From NCBI GenBank assembly GCA_019247695.1, contig JAFBAP010000036.1, positions 27,086 through 91,085 of the forward strand: 64,000 nucleotides of DNA, in the 5' to 3' direction. Under the pieces are notes generated by a model. The model saw nothing but the letters and a program-made list of their open reading frames with translations. It was not told where the DNA came from and searched no databases. The number at the start of each line of letters is the position of its first letter. Position 1 is the first letter of the stretch. Made by a program: the position numbers and the translations under genes. The DNA comes from Verrucomicrobiota bacterium. GTDB taxonomy: Bacteria; Verrucomicrobiota; Verrucomicrobiia; Chthoniobacterales; JAFAMB01. Below are positions 19,919 through 29,288 of the stretch, piece by piece.

Positions 19919-20635
19919 ATGGCTGCTTCAACCTCCCTGTCCCAAGCGCCGCCTCGAACCCAGGCGCGCCGGAAGGCCCGGCGCTCCCTGGCGATCCTGG
20001 CCATCTTTGTTCTGCTTGTGATTTTTTTGATGCTCAAGCCGCCGTTTGTCATCCGGCCCCTCCCCGGTCGCGCGGTGCCCGGAGCATCCGGGTCGCAACC
20101 CGCGCAGACTGCCGCGGCCAGGTTCGTCGACCCGATCTGGACGACCAAGGTGCTGCCGGCCATTCAGGAAAAGGCGCAGGACGTTGCCAAGGTCCTCCCG
20201 GAAATCCGAGCCGACCCCAATGGTGCCGGGCAGAAGTACGGGCGGCGCGAAGCCACCAACCCATACAACTACATGGTCAAAGGGACCGGCAACGTCGTCG
20301 AACTGCACACCGAGTCGCAGGCCGGTACCGCCATCGTCGAAGTTCCCGGGTTGGGGGAGAAGGTTGCATTGCAAATCGGCCCGGTGGTTCGTGGAACGGC
20401 CTTGCGCGACGCGACCGGGATCGTCTCCTTCAATCAATTTACCAATCAACTGGATTACGCCGACGTGGCCAAAGAGATGAATCATCGGGCACTCCAGACG
20501 GCCCTCGGCAACGTGGATCCTGCCTCGCTGGCCGGTAAAACGGTGACGTTTTTCGGCGCCTTCACTTTCGATTCCCATTCGAAGTCGCCGGTTCTGGTCA
20601 CGCCGGTTAAGATTGATCTCCAGGCCGCTCACTGA
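19919..20635 (+). CDS. DUF2291-like membrane-anchored/periplasmic protein associated with sugar ABC transporters
   Basis: 238 aa. It has an N-terminal basic region plus a TM segment (LAILAIFVLLVIFLML). FVDPIWTTKVLP..NPYNYMVKGTG..LQIGPVVRGTALRDA..VSFNQFTNQ matches my recollection of DUF2291. It lies directly upstream of the ABC ATPase (6-nt gap). Confidence 0.55.
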   Translation: MAASTSLSQAPPRTQARRKARRSLAILAIFVLLVIFLMLKPPFVIRPLPGRAVPGASGSQPAQTAAARFVDPIWTTKVLPAIQEKAQDVAKVLPEIRADPNGAGQKYGRREATNPYNYMVKGTGNVVELHTESQAGTAIVEVPGLGEKVALQIGPVVRGTALRDATGIVSFNQFTNQLDYADVAKEMNHRALQTALGNVDPASLAGKTVTFFGAFTFDSHSKSPVLVTPVKIDLQAAH

Positions 20636-20641
20636 CGAACC

Positions 20642-22228
20642 ATGCCGCCCACGGAAGCCGACCAGCCAAGCCCGTCCAATGGGCACAAAGTCATTCTGGC
20701 AGCAGAGAAGGTCACCAAGCGATTCCCTGGAACGGTCGCTCTGGACCAGGTCGACTTCAGCGTCTACGCCGGTGCGGTTAACGTCCTGATCGGCGAGAAC
20801 GGGGCCGGCAAATCGACCCTGATGAAAATTCTGGCGGGCGTCGAGCGGCCCACAGCCGGGCGGCTGCTTCTCGATGGGGTCCCGGTGGAATTCCGGTCGA
20901 CCCGCGAAGCCGCGCACGCGGGTATCGGCATCATTTTCCAGGAACTGAACCTCTACCCAAACCTCAACATCTCCGAAAACATCTTTGTCGCGCGCGAACT
21001 CACCCGCGGCGGGATCGTCCAGCATCGTGCCCAGGAGCAGATTACGCGCGAACTGCTGCAGCGCCTTGAACAGCCTTTGGAACCGACCATCCTGGTGAGG
21101 GATCTGCGCATGGGCCAGCAGCAAATCGTTGAGATCGCCAAAGCGCTGTCGCAAAACGTGCGCATCCTCATCATGGACGAGCCTACCTCGGCCCTGACGG
21201 CCGCCGAAACCGAGGCGCTCTTTCGGATCATCGCCGACCTTAAAGCGCACGGGGTGGCCATCATCTACATTTCTCACAAGCTGGAGGAACTGCTCACCAT
21301 CGGCGATTACGTCACGGTGCTGCGCGACGGCAAACTCGCCGCCACGGCCCCGGCCCGCACGGTCAACGTTGCCTGGATCATCGAGAAGATGGTCGGCCGC
21401 AACGTGAATGCGCCACGGCACCGCACCCGGACGGCGACCGCGGACGACGAGCGGCCGGTGCTGGAAGTCAAGGATTTATGCCTGCCGCGCATTGGTGGCG
21501 GGTTCACCCTGGAAAACGTTTCGTTTAGCCTCCGGCGCGGCGAGATCCTGGCCCTCTTCGGCCTGATGGGTGCGGGCCGAACCGAACTGTTCGAGTGCCT
21601 GATGGGGCTGCACCCGGAAGCCGGCGGCGAAATCCGGCTTGGTGACCGCCGGCTTCGGCAGGAGACCATCCGGGAACGGATTGACCTTGGGCTGATGCTG
21701 GTGCCGGAGGATCGGCAGCGCCTGGGGCTGGTACAGAAACTGTCGGTTGCCCATAACATCACCATCGCCAGCCTCCGGCGGTTTGTGACCTCGTTCTGGC
21801 TTTCTGAACGGCGGGAACTGGAGGAAATCAAGGCCATGATGCGCACCCTCGCCATCAAGGCGCGCACCCCCCAGCACCCGATCACCTCGCTCAGCGGCGG
21901 CAATCAGCAAAAGGTCGTCGTAGCGAAGAGTTTGCTGACTCACCCGCAAGTCTTGCTCCTGGATGAACCGACCCGCGGCATCGACGTCGGCGCTAAAGCG
22001 GAAATCTTCGAGATCATGAACCGGTTGGCGGAACAAGGTTTCGCGGTGCTTTTCGTTTCTTCCGAGCTACCCGAAATGTTCACCGTCCCGGATCGCATCC
22101 TGGTTCTGTCCAAAGGGAAGATCACGGGTGAATTCGTTCACGATAAGGTAACCGAAGAGGCTCTGGTCCTCGCTGCCGGCGCACAGCAACAAACTGAGCA
22201 CCCCATCCCCGCGCATCAACCGAAGTAA
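20642..22228 (+). CDS. Sugar ABC transporter ATP-binding protein, duplicated ABC domains (RbsA/MglA type)
   Basis: 528 aa. It has Walker A GENGAGKST, Walker B ILIMDEPT and a second-half signature LSGGNQQK followed by LLLDEPTRGIDV. Confidence 0.95.
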   Translation: MPPTEADQPSPSNGHKVILAAEKVTKRFPGTVALDQVDFSVYAGAVNVLIGENGAGKSTLMKILAGVERPTAGRLLLDGVPVEFRSTREAAHAGIGIIFQELNLYPNLNISENIFVARELTRGGIVQHRAQEQITRELLQRLEQPLEPTILVRDLRMGQQQIVEIAKALSQNVRILIMDEPTSALTAAETEALFRIIADLKAHGVAIIYISHKLEELLTIGDYVTVLRDGKLAATAPARTVNVAWIIEKMVGRNVNAPRHRTRTATADDERPVLEVKDLCLPRIGGGFTLENVSFSLRRGEILALFGLMGAGRTELFECLMGLHPEAGGEIRLGDRRLRQETIRERIDLGLMLVPEDRQRLGLVQKLSVAHNITIASLRRFVTSFWLSERRELEEIKAMMRTLAIKARTPQHPITSLSGGNQQKVVVAKSLLTHPQVLLLDEPTRGIDVGAKAEIFEIMNRLAEQGFAVLFVSSELPEMFTVPDRILVLSKGKITGEFVHDKVTEEALVLAAGAQQQTEHPIPAHQPK

Positions 22229-22243
22229 GCCGACAAGCCCCCC

Positions 22244-23311
22244 ATGCACACGTCCGCCGCCGCTCCCGCACCTGCCGCTGCCCCTGCCAAGCCGTCCGGT
22301 CTATTCCTGGGCGTCCTGCTTTTCCAGTTAAGAGCCTTGATCGCCTTGTTTGTATTGATCGGGATTTTTTCGGTGCTCTCGCCTGCGTTTTTCACCCGGC
22401 AGAACCTGATCATCCTGGTCGGCCAGACGGCGATCAACGCGATCATGGCCGTGGGCATGACCTTCGTGATCCTGACCGGCGGCATTGACCTGTCGGTCGG
22501 TTCCACGGTGGGCTTGGCGGCCATGGCCTCGGGATTGCTGATCAACCGCGGCCTGCCGATTCCGCCGTTAGGGGTTGCCGTCTATTTCAACATTCCGGCG
22601 ATCATTGCGCTTTGCCTCGCGCTGGGGTTGTTGGTCGGCGCCTTTAACGGCCTGCTCATCACCCGCTTCAACGTGGCGCCGTTCATCGCGACGCTCGGCA
22701 CACTTTACGTCGCCCGAGGCACGGCGCAACTAAGCAACAACGGCGCGACCTTCCCCAACCTGATCGGCAACCCTGAACTCGGCAATACCGGCTTTCCCAT
22801 CCTCGGCGCCGGTAGCGTCCTGGGCATCCCGATCGTTATCTGGATCATGGTTCTGTTCGCAGCCGTGGCCGGCTTCATAGCGGCTAAAACGCCGTTCGGC
22901 CGCCAGGTCTACGCCGTCGGCGGCAACGAACGGGCCGCGGAACTTTCGGGCATTTACGTGAACCGGATAAAAATGGCGGTTTATATGATCTGCGGCCTGT
23001 GCGCGGCGATGACCGGCCTGATCACGGCCTCGCAACTGGTCGCCGCACACCCGGCCGTGGGCGAAAGCTACGAACTGAATGCCATCGCTGCCGTCGTCCT
23101 TGGGGGCACCTCTCTGGCCGGGGGCCGCGGCACCATCTGGGGCACGATCGTGGGTGCTTTAGTCATCGGCGTGCTCACCAATGGCCTCGTCCTGCTGGGC
23201 GTCCAGGAATTCTGGAAAAAAGTGATTACCGGGCTGGTGATCATCCTCGCCGTAGTGCTCGATCAGCTCCAGGAACGGCTTCAGCAACGCCTCGCCCTGA
23301 AACGCGCGTAA
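22244..23311 (+). CDS. Sugar ABC transporter permease (RbsC/AraH family)
   Basis: 355 aa, about 9-10 TM segments. ILTGGIDLSVGS and YAVGGNERAAELSGI are typical of the family. Confidence 0.9.
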   Translation: MHTSAAAPAPAAAPAKPSGLFLGVLLFQLRALIALFVLIGIFSVLSPAFFTRQNLIILVGQTAINAIMAVGMTFVILTGGIDLSVGSTVGLAAMASGLLINRGLPIPPLGVAVYFNIPAIIALCLALGLLVGAFNGLLITRFNVAPFIATLGTLYVARGTAQLSNNGATFPNLIGNPELGNTGFPILGAGSVLGIPIVIWIMVLFAAVAGFIAAKTPFGRQVYAVGGNERAAELSGIYVNRIKMAVYMICGLCAAMTGLITASQLVAAHPAVGESYELNAIAAVVLGGTSLAGGRGTIWGTIVGALVIGVLTNGLVLLGVQEFWKKVITGLVIILAVVLDQLQERLQQRLALKRA

Positions 23312-24361
<1,050 letters not shown>

Positions 24362-24381
24362 TCAGTCGGCAAGACGGATGT

Positions 24382-24409
24382 GCCGAAGCCGCTTGCGGGC
24401 GGCTTCGGC
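24382..24409 (+). terminator. Perfect 11-bp stem / 6-nt loop hairpin 20 nt after the sugar-binding-protein stop
   Basis: The sequence is gccgaagccgc-ttgcgg-gcggcttcggc. No T-tract follows, so it may be a factor-independent terminator variant or just the first module of the adjacent repeat cluster. Confidence 0.35.
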
Positions 24410-24419
24410 GTCATGACGA

Positions 24420-24790
24420 AGAGAGTGTTAGGTGCGTTTAAGCCTAACCAGCCGATCTTAGCCCCACAGGGGCGGCAGAAGGCGTTGCCGGCGGGTTCTG
24501 CCGCCCCTTCAGCAAATCCAACCCGGCGGGGCGGGCGTTCGTTAGGGAGGGCGTACCGGCGTGACGCCTTAGGAGGGCTCGATCGTGATTGTACGGTTAC
24601 CCAGGGTAAACCCTGGGCTATGTTCTCCCGGCCCGTTGGGCCTAAGACCGATTCAACCCGTTACGGAGCATCCTCCGGCGCCGGCACCCCCTGAGCCGGC
24701 GTTCTACCGGGATAACTGTCTGAATGGTATAAATGGCCGTGGGGTGTAGGCGCGTTTAGACCCAACCTGCCGGAGGCCAAGGGGCGCAAA
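24420..24790. repeat. Second cluster of the modular hairpin repeat family
   Basis: 24558-24648 matches the reverse complement of 5442-5566: the core acggttacccagggtaaaccctgggct is 27/27 identical and tcYcccggcccgtYgggcctaagac is 23/25. A 31-nt module present at 5.4 kb is replaced here by atgt. The clusters also share gatcttagcc and ggcgtgacgccttagg modules. Confidence 0.7.
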
Positions 24791-24823
24791 GTTGATTGCT
24801 GCAGCGTACTTCCAAAATACCTG

Positions 24824-25621
24824 TCAGTCGCTTTTTATCTGGTAGGCATTCCCTTGTTGCCACGCGTTGGCTCCAGGCAGGACCGCGTCGGCCACGATGT
24901 CTTCCCGAGTCTTCCGGCGCTGTTCGACGGAGTAACCGACTTCCTTCTCAACTTGTTTGACGAGGGGCTCCCTGGCCTGCCCATCCTGAACGAAGCCCAT
25001 CATCAGCTGGGGCACTCCCAAGGGTAGGTCCGCATAACGGTCATACTGCCAGGTGTGCCACGTCTTGCCGTAGGTATTAACCAGCTTCTTCATAAGCTCA
25101 CGTTCAACCGGCTCTGGAATGCCCGGGGCGGACAATTCACCCGATTTGACCTCGTACTGGTGACTATGCCAATAGCGCTTTTCTTCTTCGGGCAACGAGC
25201 CGAACAGCCGCGCGCTGATGATGTACTCGATCCCGATGAGGCGGGCGTCGGGCTGGTTGGAATCGTAAATGACGCATTGCAGGAACTCTTCGCTGCGGTG
25301 CGAACAGAAGTGATGGGCGATCACTTGCCGGCCCGGGTCACCGTTATAAAAGTGCAAGCCGCAGACGTAACCATCGATCTGGTCGACCGGGTGCTTGCCC
25401 TGCAGGAGGTGCGAGCCCATTCCCAGCACTTTGGTTTCGGCCGAGGGCGGCTCCTGTGGCGGCGGCGTTTGGCCAAACAGCCTGCGCAAGGGCAGCACGG
25501 AAACGCCGCCCAGAATCAAGGCCAGGCGCGAGATGACCTTCCGGCGCTGCATGCAGCCGCAAGCATGATTTGCATTTGCATTTGCAGAAGAGAATGGATC
25601 CGTCATGTCCCGTATTCGCAC
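24824..25621 (-). CDS. DUF1264 (OBAP-like) domain protein, probably exported
   Basis: VCGLHFYNGD..QVIAHHFCSH..QCVIYDS..ARLIGIEYIIS..LPEEEKRYWHSHQYEVKSG matches DUF1264. A possible Tat-like start is MQRRKVISRLALILGG (ATG 25552). Confidence 0.8.
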   Translation of the reverse strand: MRIRDMTDPFSSANANANHACGCMQRRKVISRLALILGGVSVLPLRRLFGQTPPPQEPPSAETKVLGMGSHLLQGKHPVDQIDGYVCGLHFYNGDPGRQVIAHHFCSHRSEEFLQCVIYDSNQPDARLIGIEYIISARLFGSLPEEEKRYWHSHQYEVKSGELSAPGIPEPVERELMKKLVNTYGKTWHTWQYDRYADLPLGVPQLMMGFVQDGQAREPLVKQVEKEVGYSVEQRRKTREDIVADAVLPGANAWQQGNAYQIKSD

Positions 25622-25666
25622 GTGCTGAGCCGCCAGGGCTAAAACCGTTCGGTCCCGGCCGTGTCC

Positions 25667-27871
25667 TCACCCGGCGGTGAATTCAATCGTTGCGCTGTCA
25701 AACCGCTTTTCAAACCCGAGCGTGATCCCTTCGCGCATCAACTCTGCACCCGTAAACGCCTGGCCATTTGCCGGCAGGCGGGAGGTAACGCCGGGTTTCA
25801 GGTTCACTTCCTTCACCACGTAGGAAAAATCCGGCTTGAGCCCGGTGACCCTGAAGGGTTTGCCGGCGCTCGCGACATCGTCTTCCAACTGCCAGGCAAA
25901 CGCCACGGCTTTGGCCTTGTCCTGCGTAACGTAATCCAGGGACGCGCGGCTGCCTTCATACGGTGATTCCAGCCGGTAAAGATCCCCGAACTGCACGACG
26001 TCCCGCAGTTCGGATTTATACAAAGCCACCGCCTGCCGGGTGATAACCGACTCTTCTGCCGTGAGCGTCCCGGTATCCACGTCCATCCCGAGGCGGCCAC
26101 TCATCGCCACATCGAAGGCAAACTTGAACGGCCGGCTGTTCATGCGCGTAACGTGGGCGCTGATCGCCGCGGCGGGATAAAAATGCGAGTACCCCCACTG
26201 TATCTTCACCCGACAGAGCGCATCGGTGTTGTCACTGGGCCAGAACTGCTGAAAGAATCTCAGCGACCCGTAATCGACCCGCCCACCACCCCCGGAGCAA
26301 GCCATCATGGTTACGCCCGGATGTTTCTCGACCACACGCCGCATGATTTGATAGAGGGCCCGCACGTACGCAATCCTAACATGCGATTGTTGGTAAGGCG
26401 GCAGGTAAGCCGATCCGGGATTGTCAATCGACCGGTTACAATCCCACTTCAGGTAGGAGATCCCCGGGGTGCTGAGCACGCCGTCGATCGCGTTGAACGC
26501 GTATTGCTGTACTTCAGGGCGCGTCAGGTCCAGCACCATTTGATTACGGAACAGGCTCGCAGGCCGGTGCGGCTGCGTGATCACCCATTCGGGATGCCGC
26601 GTGTAAAGCTGACTCGCCGGGTTGACCATCTCCGGCTCCATCCAGATCCCGAATTGCAGCCCTCGACTGAGCGCGCTTTGCACCAGAGGCCCTAACCCGC
26701 GCGGAAACCGGGCGGGGTTCGGCTGCCAGTCTCCAAGACCGGCCTTATCGTTAATCCGGGCGTATTTTCCGTTTCCGAACCATCCATCATCCAGCAGAAA
26801 GATTTCCATGCCGGCAGCTTTGGCGCCCTGAAAAAGCGATTCGATCCGTGTCTGGTCGAAGTTAAACTCGGTGGCCTCCCAATTGTTGAGCAACGTCAGT
26901 TGCGGTTTATTACCATCCCGCACACCGTGGAGACGAGCCCAGCGGTGAAAACGCCGGCTCGCTTCGCCTTTGCCTTGCGTGCTGAAGGTAAACAGAAATT
27001 TTGGCGTCTCGAAGATCTCGCCCGGCGTCAGGTGCCACTCGGAGGCGTACGAATTGATTCCCGACAGGATCCGAAGACGATTGGTGCGATCAACCTCGAA
27101 CGTGTTGGCGAAACTGCCGGACCAGGCAAGCGTGCCGAGAAGGACCCGGCCCTCGGCTTCGGTGGCCCTGCGGCCCAGAGACAGGGCGAAGTCCGGCGCG
27201 GCCGACTGGCCGTTGCGTATGCCAAGCTTGGATTCCACGCTCTTGATGCCGGGCTGCAACCGGGCCTCGGTCAACTGCATTTCATCCTGATAGGCGGCAG
27301 GAAAAAAGGTCAGCCAGTAAGCGTCGGCGTGAAAGGTCAACCCTGCAGAGGCAAAATCGCGGAGGGTAACGGGCGCGTTCTCCTGGTGACGGATCTGCGT
27401 CCACTGTTCAAAGAGGTCCTCCCCCTGGTTGCTTCTGACGAAGACATTGACGTAGAAAGGATGGTGAACGTCTTTTAACTCGATTCTGGTTTCAGTGACG
27501 GCAGCGCCCACCTGCCTGATCGTGTGCCTGACGTAAATCAGGTCGCAAGCCGGATCCCCGTCGGCGTGCGTCGCGCGAACGGCCACCTTACCCGGTTCAT
27601 CCTGGCCGGCGTACCAACTTGCATTGCCCGAAGCCGCGTTGGTCGGGTAGACGACGTCACCGGGGATGCTGCCTCCATCCTTCGGAGCGCTTGCCGCCGG
27701 GCCGAGATAAAGCAAGTTGAGATGCTTGTCTCCCGTGACCTGGAACACCAGCGTTGTCGAATCGGTTTGGATGGGGATCAGCAGTTGAGCAGGGGACGCG
27801 TTCATTCCGGAGGCGGCAAGCGTGAGCGCGCTCGCAGCGATCAAAAACCATGCAGGCCGGCGGGACTTCAT
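25667..27871 (-). CDS. Alpha-galactosidase, glycoside hydrolase family 36, secreted
   Basis: 734 aa. The signal-like N-terminus is MKSRRPAWFLIAASALTLAASG. GH36 catalytic-region strings are FLLDDGWFGN, YLKWDCNR, CSGGGGRVDYG and WPSDNTD. Confidence 0.9.
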   Translation of the reverse strand: MKSRRPAWFLIAASALTLAASGMNASPAQLLIPIQTDSTTLVFQVTGDKHLNLLYLGPAASAPKDGGSIPGDVVYPTNAASGNASWYAGQDEPGKVAVRATHADGDPACDLIYVRHTIRQVGAAVTETRIELKDVHHPFYVNVFVRSNQGEDLFEQWTQIRHQENAPVTLRDFASAGLTFHADAYWLTFFPAAYQDEMQLTEARLQPGIKSVESKLGIRNGQSAAPDFALSLGRRATEAEGRVLLGTLAWSGSFANTFEVDRTNRLRILSGINSYASEWHLTPGEIFETPKFLFTFSTQGKGEASRRFHRWARLHGVRDGNKPQLTLLNNWEATEFNFDQTRIESLFQGAKAAGMEIFLLDDGWFGNGKYARINDKAGLGDWQPNPARFPRGLGPLVQSALSRGLQFGIWMEPEMVNPASQLYTRHPEWVITQPHRPASLFRNQMVLDLTRPEVQQYAFNAIDGVLSTPGISYLKWDCNRSIDNPGSAYLPPYQQSHVRIAYVRALYQIMRRVVEKHPGVTMMACSGGGGRVDYGSLRFFQQFWPSDNTDALCRVKIQWGYSHFYPAAAISAHVTRMNSRPFKFAFDVAMSGRLGMDVDTGTLTAEESVITRQAVALYKSELRDVVQFGDLYRLESPYEGSRASLDYVTQDKAKAVAFAWQLEDDVASAGKPFRVTGLKPDFSYVVKEVNLKPGVTSRLPANGQAFTGAELMREGITLGFEKRFDSATIEFTAG

Positions 27872-27903
27872 CGCTCGTCTCCAACTTGTGTTTCGGGGGC
27901 GGA

Positions 27904-28905
27904 TCAGCCTTCCGGCGGCAGATCCAGCAACGCTTTAACACCCGCCTCATGCGTCCGGTCCTGCGCTCGGGCCCAGGCGCGCAAGCGGGCCACCGCTGTC
28001 TGGATGCCCCGGTCGTGGTAGGCAAAAACCATCGGCGACGTCACAAGCGTCCGGTTCGGCAAAAACGTCCTCGGGATCGAACGGGGGTTGGTATTTCCCA
28101 AAATTCGAAGCCGGCTGATCACCGGGGCCGGTCTGTAGGGAAAGATGCTGTCCGGTTCCTCATACTCGAAAGAAGTAACAAAGTTCCCAGTGGTGAGGAG
28201 GGCGCCCGCCAAGGCCGCGCCTTCACCCGGGTGCCCTCCGGTGCCTAACGAAACCACAAAAACCGGCTCCGTGATTCGTGGTGCGGCGCCTCCGCCCGCT
28301 GATTCCAGGAATTCCAGTAATGGCGTCAGCTTCGTATCCCATGCGATCAGGCGATCACCCCGGTCCCGGCCGTAATGCCTCAACGAATATGCTGCCGCAT
28401 TCATCACCAACCCTGCAGACGCCACCTCGTAGAGGGTTACGGCGGCGGGTTCCTGATGGTGCACCTGCGCCCATTCCTCGAAGACGTCATCCGGAGCGTA
28501 GCTTCTGATGAATAATTCAACAAAGAAAGGGTAATAGCTGTCCCTGAGTTTGATCGTGGTCAGGGTCACGCCCGAACCCAGGTCCTGCGTCCCGTGCTGC
28601 ACGTATACCAGGTCAGTGGAGGTGTTCCCATCGAAGTGCGTCGCCCGAAGGGCCGGCTGCGAATGGAACAGGCTCCCCGCGCCCGGGTATACCACGTTAT
28701 CGTTGTCGTTCGCGGGATCGTACGTCGCAGGGGCGGCGGATGCGGGCCCTACGTAGTACTGCGTCAGGTGATTGTTTGCGCCAGTGGAAAAGACCAGTGC
28801 GGTCGATCGGGTCTTCACCGGGATCAGCAGACCGGCAGAGACGATACCCAGCGACGAAAGAAGGGCCATGGACGCGGCGAATGGCAATAAAGAACGTGTT
28901 TTCAT
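27904..28905 (-). CDS. Stand-alone GH36 N-terminal-domain paralogue (no catalytic barrel)
   Basis: It is collinear by eye with the first approximately 330 aa of the neighbouring GH36 (LLIPVKTRSTALVF / LLIPIQTDSTTLVF; RATHFDGN..DLVYVQH / RATHADGD..DLIYVRH; YYPFFVELFIRS / HHPFYVNVFVRS). It ends where the TIM barrel of the full-length enzyme starts. A signal-like start MKTRSLLPFAASMALLSS is at ATG 28905. Confidence 0.7.
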   Translation of the reverse strand: MKTRSLLPFAASMALLSSLGIVSAGLLIPVKTRSTALVFSTGANNHLTQYYVGPASAAPATYDPANDNDNVVYPGAGSLFHSQPALRATHFDGNTSTDLVYVQHGTQDLGSGVTLTTIKLRDSYYPFFVELFIRSYAPDDVFEEWAQVHHQEPAAVTLYEVASAGLVMNAAAYSLRHYGRDRGDRLIAWDTKLTPLLEFLESAGGGAAPRITEPVFVVSLGTGGHPGEGAALAGALLTTGNFVTSFEYEEPDSIFPYRPAPVISRLRILGNTNPRSIPRTFLPNRTLVTSPMVFAYHDRGIQTAVARLRAWARAQDRTHEAGVKALLDLPPEG

Positions 28906-29086
28906 GGGCGGATCTCCGGCGAGGGGCGAGTGTTCAGCGGTACCGTTCATTCCGATTGATACCATAAACGATTGGGATCCGGCCGCTCACTTCCACGAGG
29001 GCATACCTGACAACGCCGATGTTGGGAAGGTGAAAATGGCCCCGTGATCGCCCGGATCCGCCCTGGCGGGGTCGCTGTCGGCATCC

Positions 29087-29101
29087 TGTTAGATCCTAAC
29101 A
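29087..29101. promoter_or_regulatory. Candidate operator: 6-3-6 perfect inverted repeat tgttag-atc-ctaaca in the divergent GH36N / GH13 intergenic region
   Basis: Read directly from the sequence. It is flanked on both sides by gcccggatc(c)gcc direct repeats. No cognate regulator gene is seen nearby. Confidence 0.25.
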
Positions 29102-29288
29102 TAGCCCGGATCGCCCAGCCTGCCGCCGCCAGGATTCCCGGAGTAAAACCCGCGATTTTCAATGCCGGTTAGCTGCCGGGAAGTTATCTCGCTTTCGGTC
29201 ACATTCGCCGGCGCGCTCAGCCGCGGGTGCGAGCGCTTTAGGTTTGCATCACCGCGGCAACGGATGTGTACTACCCGCGACTAATCCC

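Noticed and set aside
19928-21421. 497-aa ORF on the - strand
   Set aside because: It is antisense to the DUF2291-like and ABC ATPase genes, whose Walker/signature motifs are unambiguous. Its composition is typical of a shadow frame.
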